Position numbers and translations under genes: made by a program. A stretch of 43,344 nt of DNA from a virus (Duplodnaviria > Caudoviricetes): positions 1 to 43,344 of IMG/VR virus record IMGVR_UViG_3300033434_000009. One strand, 5' to 3'. Below the pieces are notes generated by a model. It did no database searches. It saw only the letters and a list, made by a program, of their open reading frames with translations, and was not told where the DNA came from. Of this stretch, positions 6,816-14,947 are shown piece by piece. The number at the start of each line of letters is the position of its first letter. Within the stretch, counting starts at the first letter, position 1.

Positions 6816-8237
6816 ATGAGAGTAGCTATATACGCCCGTGTAAGCACAACAGAGCAAGCCGAAAAAGGTTATTCACTTGAAACACAGGTTGCGGAGTGTG
6901 AGAAAAACTCACCGGACGGAAGTATAATAGAAAAATTTATTGATAAGGGGTTTTCTGGCGAGTTTTTGGACAGACCAGCTATGATTAAACTTAGAGAATG
7001 TATAAAAGAAAAGCTGTTTAATATAGTTATCTGTTATGATCCTGATAGATTGGCTAGAAACCTTGCTCATCAGCTTATTATTACAGATGAAATTGAAAAA
7101 TCAGGGGCTACATTAAAATTTGTATCGGTTAATTTTGAACAGTCGCCAGAAGGTAGACTGTTTTACTCTATCCGCGGTGCTGTATCGGCGTTTGAAAAGG
7201 AGAAAATCAAGGAACGTACGAATAGAGGCAGAAAGGCAAAAATGTTGTCCGGTAAATTGCCAGGTAAATATTACACTTATGGGTATGATTGGGACGAAGA
7301 AAACTGCAATTATAAAATAAATGAAGAACAGGCCAAAATAGTCAGGTTAATTTTTCAACTTTTTACTGTTGAAAGATTAGGTACTGGTAAAATATCAGAC
7401 CATTTAAACTTATTAGGAGTACCACCAGAGAAAGGTAAAATATGGTACAATCGCACGGTTTACAATATCCTAAATAGAAGTGATTATATTGGAAAACATG
7501 AAGGGCTAAAATACAAATACACATTAAAAGGCATTGGAAAAATATCAAGAGAAAAAAGAAGCGAAGATGAAATAATAGAAATTTCAACTCCGCAAATTAT
7601 TAGTGAAGAAATATTCTACAAAGTAAGAGATCAGTTATTAACCAATAAAACTAATTCCCCACGCAATACAAAACACTTTTACCTTTTTCAAAACATTATT
7701 TATTGTGGAAAATGCAGACATAAAATGTATATTAAGATAATCGGGGATATACATTATTATCATTGTATGTCAAACACTTATAAACATTATGATAAATGCG
7801 ATAACAGGGTAATAAGTGCTAAAATTGTTGATGATGTTGTTTGGGGATATGTTAAAAATAAGACTAACTTAAAAAGAGCCGCTCTTAAAATTGAAACTTA
7901 TGATGAAGTTAAAGAAGATAACACCATTGAGCAAAAGGAAAAGCTGCTAAAACAAAGGGAAAAAGTGTTGTCTTGGTTGGCTAATAATTTAATATCTGAC
8001 ACCGAAGCAGAAAAGCAACTTATAAATATAAAATATAGACTAGAATTGTTAAGTATTCCACCAAAAATTAAGCCTAAAAAAGTAAATATAGATTCTATTT
8101 TAGAAATTATTAGTCATGCCAGAACATCAGAAGAAATGAAAAAAGCCGTAGCAGACACTATAAGCAAAGTGTACATACTACGGCTAGACAAAGGCAGGAA
8201 AACTCCTGAATTACAAATTGATATTGAGCTACTTTAA
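6816..8237 (+). CDS. int: Large serine recombinase (integrase)
   Basis: AIYARVST catalytic Ser, DPDRLARN, recombinase domain, Zn ribbon CGKC...C...C, coiled coil. Confidence 0.97.
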   Translation: MRVAIYARVSTTEQAEKGYSLETQVAECEKNSPDGSIIEKFIDKGFSGEFLDRPAMIKLRECIKEKLFNIVICYDPDRLARNLAHQLIITDEIEKSGATLKFVSVNFEQSPEGRLFYSIRGAVSAFEKEKIKERTNRGRKAKMLSGKLPGKYYTYGYDWDEENCNYKINEEQAKIVRLIFQLFTVERLGTGKISDHLNLLGVPPEKGKIWYNRTVYNILNRSDYIGKHEGLKYKYTLKGIGKISREKRSEDEIIEISTPQIISEEIFYKVRDQLLTNKTNSPRNTKHFYLFQNIIYCGKCRHKMYIKIIGDIHYYHCMSNTYKHYDKCDNRVISAKIVDDVVWGYVKNKTNLKRAALKIETYDEVKEDNTIEQKEKLLKQREKVLSWLANNLISDTEAEKQLINIKYRLELLSIPPKIKPKKVNIDSILEIISHARTSEEMKKAVADTISKVYILRLDKGRKTPELQIDIELL

Positions 8238-8288
8238 TATGCAGTTGTACGTATAGTTTTGTAAAGGCGTACACACAAAAACATATTA
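8235..8288. other. Candidate attP
   Basis: Imperfect inverted repeat right after int: TGTACG(8246-8251)/CGTACA(8268-8273) around a central TT, with outer TAATATG/CATATTA. Confidence 0.5.
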
Positions 8289-8426
8289 TAATCACATTTC
8301 ATAACATCTATAGAAACACTCGTTACTCAATTGGGTAATAACTATTGTTTTTTATCCTTAATTTTACTATCAAACAACCAATCGCTAATCTTAGTAAACC
8401 ACCGTGTAGGTAGCATTACTTTTAAA

Positions 8427-8885
8427 TTATTTTGTTTGCTTGTCTTTCCAACTTGCTGACACAAACGCGGTAGATAACAGTACTAATGAAAAAAGCAATG
8501 CAAATTGTGGTATAAGCAATATAAAGATTGAGATACTTTTATTAACCAATGCTATAAATCCGTGAATAAGAATCGCAGAAAAAAAGGTAATAAATGCTCC
8601 AACTCCAACGAATGACAGTTTTCCTCCACCTTTAATAATAGCGTCTATTACTTCACGTAATTCATCCATGGCTGGTTTCCTTTCCGAGGTATTGTTAGAA
8701 GCTATAATACTTAAAAAATTCAAGAAAAGAGCCGTCGATGCAATGGCAATAGCAAATAACCCACTTGAAGCTGAGGTAAATATATTTATAAATTCTTTAG
8801 CCGTCGTAGAATCAACCCACCAACTTGAAAATAAAACTCCCTCTATTACACAAATTACTAATGATATTAATGCCGAAGTATACAT
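8427..8885 (-). CDS. Multi-pass membrane protein (moron)
   Basis: About four hydrophobic segments; AGGAGG SD; own TGaTATAAT near 8917-8925; AT-rich. Confidence 0.75.
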   Translation of the reverse strand: MYTSALISLVICVIEGVLFSSWWVDSTTAKEFINIFTSASSGLFAIAIASTALFLNFLSIIASNNTSERKPAMDELREVIDAIIKGGGKLSFVGVGAFITFFSAILIHGFIALVNKSISIFILLIPQFALLFSLVLLSTAFVSASWKDKQTK

Positions 8886-9057
8886 GATTAACGCCTCCTA
8901 AGTTAATGATTTTAAAATTATATCATACTTATCGTATAAATCGGCATCGTATCATTCTTTTTAAATCTTGTTATAATGAGTATTTTCGTTTATTTACATC
9001 CAAACCATTTTCTCAATATAGGCATTATATTAACAGTAAACTTAAAATCCGGTATCT

Positions 9058-9513
9058 TCACGCTGCCACCTCCTGTAATTTTTTCAACAAGTCGGCTGGC
9101 GTAACATTATCAGCACTAAAGTCAGGGAATATGTTTAGGCCCCCTGATTGTAGGATTCTAGTTACAGCCTCGCTACAATCTACTGTTTTCTCTCCATCCC
9201 CTGGTACTGTTACGCCTAAAAGATCATGCAACCCGCCGTCTAAACACGCCCTGTACCCGTATGGAGTGCCTAGCAGTTTATTTGCCTCCGCTTCTGCCGC
9301 TTCTATATTGGGTATATCTACTTCAATGATAGTGTGCTTGAACTGATCGTAGGCATTCTCTGGCGATTTAACAAAGCCGTTGGACAAAGCTTCGAGAATA
9401 CCACCAAGCATAAATATTGCAGCGTGGCTCGGGTCTTCTCCTGGGCCTTCTACTTTGTCGATTATTCTACCAAATTCAGTTACTGGGTAACTGAACAAAA
9501 CTTTTACCTTCAT
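9058..9513 (-). CDS. Permuted papain-like NlpC/P60 protein (YaeF/YiiX-like)
   Basis: His before Cys order: PSHAAI...LGTPYG...DCSEAV; CAGGAGGT SD. Confidence 0.8.
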   Translation of the reverse strand: MKVKVLFSYPVTEFGRIIDKVEGPGEDPSHAAIFMLGGILEALSNGFVKSPENAYDQFKHTIIEVDIPNIEAAEAEANKLLGTPYGYRACLDGGLHDLLGVTVPGDGEKTVDCSEAVTRILQSGGLNIFPDFSADNVTPADLLKKLQEVAA

Positions 9514-9535
9514 TATAATATACCTCCTGATAAAG

Positions 9536-9567
9536 AAATAAGCCCCGGCAATTAACCGGGGCTTTTA
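9536..9567. terminator. Bidirectional terminator
   Basis: AAGCCCCGG-caattaa-CCGGGGCTT with T-rich tails on both strands. Confidence 0.75.
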
Positions 9568-9570
9568 CTA

Positions 9571-10338
9571 TTAAGAAATTTTGTCTTTTAATTTGGTAAC
9601 AAGCAAGACAACGGCGGCGGCTTCGCCCGCCCTGCCAGCGGCAATTAGTGCTCGTATAGATACGGCCTCGATTTTGTCTCTGCAAGCAACCCATAAATCA
9701 GTAGTAGTTTTTACTTCTGCTTCTAATCTGGTTGCCTCCGTATCGCCCAAGGTAAATATCCTTTCTAAAAACTCTGTTGTTCCGCTCGTTACAGAACTAA
9801 TTACGCTAGTAATTGCCGCAGTTTCTGCCGCCGATGATACATCTGTAGTAGTACTCGTAGTACTCGCCTCCTCAGTAGTTGTAGTAGTGGATTCAGCAGT
9901 TAAACTAATAGTTCCAGTAGTAGTGGTATCATCGGTGATCGCCAGCGTAACGCTTGCACTGGTGTAACCGGATAAAGCAGCGGTAAAGTCATAATTGCCA
10001 GCATCTAAGCCCTCAACTGTTGCTACCCCTGTACTGTCGGTTGTAGCCTCGCATGATACTCCACCTACTGCATAGGTAATAGTAGCCCCTTCTAATACGT
10101 TTGTGCCGTCATTGACGGTAATAGTGGCTGTTCCTGCCATGTTAAAACACTTCCTTTTACATTTTTTATATATCCACCGCAAAAAGCGGGATATAGTCCT
10201 TAAACCGTAAGGTATGGCCCTTTTAGCCTCGGCTTCTGCGAAACTAAAAATCGCCACTTTAGCAGCTTCTAATTCGGTCTGCACAAAGGGCGATTTAGCA
10301 AGGTATTCTATTATTTGTTCGACTTGTTCTTGGTTCAT
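9571..10338 (-). CDS. Protein with carboxypeptidase-regulatory-like/Ig beta-sandwich, Thr-rich linker and helical tail; probable second start at 10140
   Basis: LEGATIT...ATTDSTGVATVEGLDAGNYDFTAALSGY motif; SDs before both ATG 10338 and ATG 10140. Confidence 0.75.
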   Translation of the reverse strand: MNQEQVEQIIEYLAKSPFVQTELEAAKVAIFSFAEAEAKRAIPYGLRTISRFLRWIYKKCKRKCFNMAGTATITVNDGTNVLEGATITYAVGGVSCEATTDSTGVATVEGLDAGNYDFTAALSGYTSASVTLAITDDTTTTGTISLTAESTTTTTEEASTTSTTTDVSSAAETAAITSVISSVTSGTTEFLERIFTLGDTEATRLEAEVKTTTDLWVACRDKIEAVSIRALIAAGRAGEAAAVVLLVTKLKDKIS

Positions 10339-10379
10339 TTAATCACACCTTTTATACGTATTAAAAAGGTATTAATAAC

Positions 10380-10841
10380 CTATATATTAGGTATTATTTT
10401 GTAAAGAGTTTCACCTGGGCATGCCGTTGCTACCTGCGGATTATCTATAATACCGGCTACGTCCCTGTGTCCTATTACATTGGCATTAGGGTACTTTCCC
10501 TTTAAGTCTGCAATATTGTCCTTTAGGGCTTGAATTTGGGCTTCTGTGGGGATATCTACACCTTCGAAGTTGCCCTCTAGTGATACGCCAACAGAGCAAT
10601 AATTAAGGCCCTGAGCATGTGCGCCCACGGCCCAATCAGGCCTACCTTGGACGGTTGTTCCATCCCCTTTGATTACTCTGTGATATCCAATACCATTCCA
10701 GCCTAAATTACAGTGTTCTTGAAATATATCATCTACGTCCTGTATCTGCGGCCCCGCGGTGTGGTGGATAATAATATAATCGGTTGAGTTTCTACCGCTG
10801 AATCCGTGGGGCCAGGGATAATCCTTTTGTACTATGTTCAT
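10380..10841 (-). CDS. Endolysin, N-acetylmuramoyl-L-alanine amidase (Amidase_2/T7-lysozyme type)
   Basis: IIIHHTA, GWNGIGYH, GAHAQGLN, IGHRD, TACPG; no cell-wall binding domain. Confidence 0.95.
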   Translation of the reverse strand: MNIVQKDYPWPHGFSGRNSTDYIIIHHTAGPQIQDVDDIFQEHCNLGWNGIGYHRVIKGDGTTVQGRPDWAVGAHAQGLNYCSVGVSLEGNFEGVDIPTEAQIQALKDNIADLKGKYPNANVIGHRDVAGIIDNPQVATACPGETLYKIIPNI

Positions 10842-11062
10842 TTCTTCACCTTCAATTCATCATAGACTTTCCACATTTGGTCGTCAGTAATGTTCACCCC
10901 TTTGCTTTTGAGTGAGTTAAACACATTTACCACATTGCCATTTGTGGCTTTTAAATAGACTTTAGGAGGCTTGCTATGATAACTTCCTACCTTATAGCAA
11001 ACGCCTCCAACAAAGAACACTAGAAGGGCTATGTACATGATATAAACATACTTTTTATCCAT
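10838..11062 (-). CDS. Small single-TM lysis-cassette protein
   Basis: N-terminal TM; ATGA overlap with the amidase. Confidence 0.75.
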   Translation of the reverse strand: MDKKYVYIMYIALLVFFVGGVCYKVGSYHSKPPKVYLKATNGNVVNVFNSLKSKGVNITDDQMWKVYDELKVKK

Positions 11063-11070
11063 AATACCCC

Positions 11071-11310
11071 CTAATGCCTAAAAGCGGCGAATACAGCAAT
11101 AGCCGTAGTAATCAGCCACATAAGCATTACCTTATTCCCTGTCCATTGCGCTACCGTCTTTTCCAAGGTTGCAATGCGGCTTTCATGATTAAGCTTTTCA
11201 ACCTCTTCGTTTTTAGTTGTGATCCTTTCAACGGCAAGTTGCAGTACTTGTAGTTTTTCCAGCATAGCATCCATTTTCGCTGATAAATCTTGTACCTCAG
11301 TATTGCTCAC
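11071..11310 (-). CDS. Putative holin (XhlA-like: coiled coil plus C-terminal TM)
   Basis: HESRIATLEK coiled coil then MLMWLITTAIAVFAAF; located upstream of the amidase. Confidence 0.65.
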   Translation of the reverse strand: MSNTEVQDLSAKMDAMLEKLQVLQLAVERITTKNEEVEKLNHESRIATLEKTVAQWTGNKVMLMWLITTAIAVFAAFRH

Positions 11311-11333
11311 ACATTCAGCCCCTCCCCAATAAA

Positions 11334-11570
11334 TTATTTAAAGCCTATTTTCTCTTTTTCTTTAATAAACACATGGTTAAGTTTGATCAGTTGTTCCGGT
11401 GTTGCGCTAATTTCGGCTTGTTCCAACATGTCAGGCAATTTTCTCGACACATCATTGTATCTAATAACCACTGACCGGCTTTTTTGCCCATAATAATAGC
11501 CGCCGGTATAACTTGCTATACCAACGGCTATAAACGAGACTATTAACGCTAAAATAAACATAGTTCTCAT
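11334..11570 (-). CDS. Single-TM lysis-cassette protein, 78 aa (start revised)
   Basis: MRTMFILALIVSFIAVGIASY; ATGA coupling to the upstream Zn-ribbon ORF. Confidence 0.7.
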   Translation of the reverse strand: MRTMFILALIVSFIAVGIASYTGGYYYGQKSRSVVIRYNDVSRKLPDMLEQAEISATPEQLIKLNHVFIKEKEKIGFK

Positions 11571-11701
11571 GATTCTGCGGTTGATGTGCCTTGGTCGTAT
11601 ACAGTGGCTTGCACATTTCCGCATACCGAACAAGTATAACGCCCTGTGGTAGAATCATAAGTCAAAGGGGCACCGCAAACAAAACATTTAGAATCAGACA
11701 T
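11567..11701 (-). CDS. 44-aa Zn-ribbon protein (not in ORF track)
   Basis: CAGGAGG SD; MSDSKCFVCGAPLTYDSTTGRYTCSVCGNVQATVYDQGTSTAES. Confidence 0.8.
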   Translation of the reverse strand: MSDSKCFVCGAPLTYDSTTGRYTCSVCGNVQATVYDQGTSTAES

Positions 11702-12329
11702 TGATAATCGCCTCCTGTCGTTTACTTCTGATACTTACTTTTTGCGTTAATGCACGTTCAGCAGACCATCCTAATTTTAACCTAGAAGTAATAGTAAGCC
11801 TTCCGATTCCAAGTTCTTTGCTCCATTGAGAAATAGTTTGTCTTCTTCCGCCTAATGTCAAATGTCTATTTTGGCGAGTATTGTTTTGTTGTTCTTGCAT
11901 TGTTGCCCAAACACAATTTTCTTTATTATATCCCTCGTTATTATTTTTTCGTTCAAGAGACATTCCTTTTGGTCTTTCTCCCATATCTGTATAAAAATTA
12001 ACAAAAGAACGCCATTCATCACAAACAGTGATTCCGCGTTCTCCGTAATCTTTATAAAATTTATCTTTTTTATTTGTGCATCTTTGAATCATATGCTGCC
12101 ATGCTCGATATTCAGGAGTTAACCATTTACCATGTTTTGTATGGATTTCTTTTTTAAAACAGCCACAAGATTGAGTATTACCCTTTTTTAAATTATCTCC
12201 TTTAACAACAACAGTGTTTCCGCAATCACACTTGCAATTCCAATATGTACGTTTTTTTCGTATTTCCGCAAAATTAATAACCGTTAATCTTCCAAACTTT
12301 TGTCCACCTAAATCTAACCTTTTGCTCAT
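11694..12329 (-). CDS. Free-standing HNH-type homing endonuclease-like protein
   Basis: GQKFGRLTV, WNCKCDCGN, SCGC, YGERGITVCDEW, SLERKNNNEGYNKENCVWAT. Confidence 0.88.
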   Translation of the reverse strand: MSKRLDLGGQKFGRLTVINFAEIRKKRTYWNCKCDCGNTVVVKGDNLKKGNTQSCGCFKKEIHTKHGKWLTPEYRAWQHMIQRCTNKKDKFYKDYGERGITVCDEWRSFVNFYTDMGERPKGMSLERKNNNEGYNKENCVWATMQEQQNNTRQNRHLTLGGRRQTISQWSKELGIGRLTITSRLKLGWSAERALTQKVSIRSKRQEAIINV

Positions 12330-12355
12330 ACCAAAAACCACCAATCATTATAATG

Positions 12356-12709
12356 CTATGATTCTATTATGCTCTGTTGCGCCGCTAATAGAGCCGTTTT
12401 TAATGTGGTATATTCCGTTTGTATTTCCGTTTGTCGAGTTGTTATAACGGTAGAATCAGTGTTGCCAAGCGCAGCCGCGGCATAAGCCTCCTTAAGTGCT
12501 AAAAATTGCGGATGATATTCAGCATTTAACACATCTAGTTTTTGATTTTTTACCGCTGCTACATAACCGGAGAAAGCAGCCGCTAATTCAGTTGCCGTAA
12601 CATCAGATGGAGAATCAACATTGAAGTATACTTCTCCTGTGGTAATATCACTTTCGCTGTTTACTGTTCTAAAAGATAAGCCATTATTCGACGCCGCATA
12701 ACCAGCCAT
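12356..12709 (-). CDS. Putative tail-fibre-associated/chaperone protein
   Basis: TAATG-coupled to the tail fibre; GGGAGG SD. Confidence 0.6.
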   Translation of the reverse strand: MAGYAASNNGLSFRTVNSESDITTGEVYFNVDSPSDVTATELAAAFSGYVAAVKNQKLDVLNAEYHPQFLALKEAYAAAALGNTDSTVITTRQTEIQTEYTTLKTALLAAQQSIIES

Positions 12710-14376
12710 TATAAGTTTTCCTCCCATCCTGTTAATCCTAAGAAGTTACTAGATCCTTCAGAGGCCCAATATATATTAGTGCTTTCTAGCAGAATGGAAA
12801 CATTACTAACGTTGGTGTTGTTGTACGGAAAATTAGAAGCAAACGGAGGATTTGTCGTACTATTATAACCACCATAATTAGAGTTAGGTGCAACTAATAC
12901 TTTTGTACCGCCGTAACCAAACAATGCTAGATCAATACTTTTAGCGGTAGATGGAACATATGAACTAGTTGACACAGTTGTCCATCCTGGAGTAGCTGGG
13001 GTTCCCGATGCTCCGCTAGCTAATCTAAGCATTCCTGTTAATATTGTACCATCGACAATATACTGCGCCCTATGTCCCCGCTGTATTATCCTATATAAAT
13101 AACTACTGGAATTGGTCAATATAGCCCCAACCCTTACATAAAAGGTATAACCACTTGGTAATGTCGGTGAACTTGAACTGGTTGAAGCCAAACATGCTAC
13201 GGTATTAGTAGTAGGATTATATATTACATAAGTGTAATACCAAGTAGAAGCAGATACGGTCCCAGTATCTATCGCATTTGCTCCAGTGGTGGACATTGAC
13301 AAGGTTAGACTTATGCTTGCCTGAGTATATGGGCAATAATCTGCGGCGATTGTGGCGGCGGTGTTAGATGTTACGGTTGAGACTACATTGCGAAAATCAT
13401 TGAAATTGAAGTCGCTTGATGTTGCTATACGTTTCCATGCTGACCATGTTCCAGCATTGCATCTGCGTTCAAATGAGTTAAACGCCGCCGTTCCATATCC
13501 TGTTGCTCTTTGATATACATAGGTGTCTTGATAACGAATAACTATAACATAATACCATGTAGTACTTCCACTTGTAGGAGCATTTGTTAGGTTATTGCCA
13601 ACAAAGAACCCTGTAGTTAGGTAGTTATTCCAGTCACTTGTTGCTGTTGCTGCCGCTGTGCCAAGGCCATATCCGCTAGGTGCAGCCCCTAAATTAGTCC
13701 TGGCTGCTGCCGCTGTGGTTGCTCCCGTGCCGCCTGATGCTACAGGTATAGGCAACGATATACTTGCTGCGCTTGCTTCCGCTTCTGCGGCTTTAGTGGT
13801 GGCAATCACGGCTTGTTCTGTAGCTGTCGTTGCTTTTGTAGTTGATGTAGCTGCGGCATTAGTAGCAATTGTGGCTTGTTCTGTTGCTGTTGTGGCGCTA
13901 CCAGCTGCCGCCGACGCATATGTTCCTGCCGCCTCGGTTGCCGCCTCAATAATATCGTTTACTGACGTTGCGGTGCTAGAAGACGAAATATCATATTTTA
14001 TGCACCTGCTTAATACTTCTGTCTGTTGCTGGTCAATCATGGTAAGCTTGTCAAATACTTCTTCATGTGTTTCAGCGTAAAAAGCACCTTGATTTTCTAA
14101 ATCTACCTCTTGAGTTAATGGCACCTCCCTTGATAAAGTTAATTGATAGTCACTTCCATATCCTGACGCTGCGGAATAAGTTACTGTTAATGCGTCTGTG
14201 TCTACCGTAAACCCTGATGTTATCTCTGTAGTGCTGGATACTGTGCCGGAATTGTCGGTAAGATAAAGATGAATGTCGCTGCCGTCATCGGTTGAAATAG
14301 CAAAGGTGTAACTAAATACTGTGGTTGAACTGTTTAAGGTATAGACATTCTTTGTTACGGTATTTGATACGGTCAT
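12709..14376 (-). CDS. Tail fibre / receptor-binding protein
   Basis: T7-gp17-like N-terminus (TVFSYTF...EEVFDKLTMIDQQ), Ala/Thr coil, GGTGATTAAAARTNLG, knob-like DWNNYLTTGFF...WSAWKRI; AAGGAGG SD. Confidence 0.88.
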   Translation of the reverse strand: MTVSNTVTKNVYTLNSSTTVFSYTFAISTDDGSDIHLYLTDNSGTVSSTTEITSGFTVDTDALTVTYSAASGYGSDYQLTLSREVPLTQEVDLENQGAFYAETHEEVFDKLTMIDQQQTEVLSRCIKYDISSSSTATSVNDIIEAATEAAGTYASAAAGSATTATEQATIATNAAATSTTKATTATEQAVIATTKAAEAEASAASISLPIPVASGGTGATTAAAARTNLGAAPSGYGLGTAAATATSDWNNYLTTGFFVGNNLTNAPTSGSTTWYYVIVIRYQDTYVYQRATGYGTAAFNSFERRCNAGTWSAWKRIATSSDFNFNDFRNVVSTVTSNTAATIAADYCPYTQASISLTLSMSTTGANAIDTGTVSASTWYYTYVIYNPTTNTVACLASTSSSSPTLPSGYTFYVRVGAILTNSSSYLYRIIQRGHRAQYIVDGTILTGMLRLASGASGTPATPGWTTVSTSSYVPSTAKSIDLALFGYGGTKVLVAPNSNYGGYNSTTNPPFASNFPYNNTNVSNVSILLESTNIYWASEGSSNFLGLTGWEENL

Positions 14377-14396
14377 GTAAGCCCTCCTTTCAATAT

Positions 14397-14426
14397 AAAA
14401 AGAGAGCAGCATTTGCCACTCTCTAA
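14397..14426 (-). terminator. Hairpin/terminator upstream of the tail fibre
   Basis: Minus strand AGAGAGTGGC-aaat-GCTGCTCTCT-TTT. Confidence 0.55.
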
Positions 14427-14438
14427 TTGATTGATTAA

Positions 14439-14933
14439 TTACTTTTTAAGCATTTCTAATAACTTTTGTCGCCCCCTCTCGTTGTATCGAAATCCTTCAA
14501 TCTGTTTTTTGCTATGCGAGGCTTGATCGAGGACTATAATACCGTATTCATCAGTTTTAATTCCTTCCTTATTAGCTATCCTTCCAACTATATTGGATGA
14601 TACACCAGTTTCCTTTGCAATATCACTAGCAGTATACATTTTTTCAATCTTAGGCCGTGGTATGGTGTTTTTGCCAACAATCATTTCTAAGGCATTATAT
14701 TTTATCAACTCAGCGGCAACAGGAGAAAGCTTATATTTACTTGCCGCCATAATAAGGAACTCAGCGTTTTTCCGGTTGGCATTAAGCAAACGGGCTTGGG
14801 CGTTCTTGGTTCTGGCTTCGACGAGTGCCGGGTCAACTTGCTTAAAGGCTTTAATTGTGCCTTTGCGAAGTGCTTTAAGTATCTGCCGGACTTTTGCGCG
14901 GAACTCTCTTGCACGATCAGTACCGGCTAACAT
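14439..14933 (-). pseudogene. N-terminally truncated Bro-N antirepressor-like gene
   Basis: Begins at what resembles the last helix of Bro-N (TDRAREFRAKVRQILKALRKG); C-terminal YTASDIAKETGVSSNIVGRIAN; no clear SD. Confidence 0.55.
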
Positions 14934-14947
14934 AGCCGCTTGTTTAT

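Noticed and set aside
6595-6819. ORF-track calls 6595-6819 (+) and 6613-6804 (-)
   Set aside because: Neither has a suitable SD, and both run through promoter and terminator elements. The SD-supported frame is 6609-6701 (-).
11694-12329. Group I intron around the HNH gene
   Set aside because: Flanking genes are intact and the intergenic space is too short for intron core structure; the same applies to 33606-34088.
13780-13900. Repeated TTATEQAxIAT segments in the fibre
   Set aside because: Ordinary low-complexity coiled-coil repeats of tail fibres.
12709-14376. Diversity-generating retroelement as in BPP-1
   Set aside because: No reverse transcriptase or Avd ORF, and I saw no second copy of the fibre 3' end differing at adenines.
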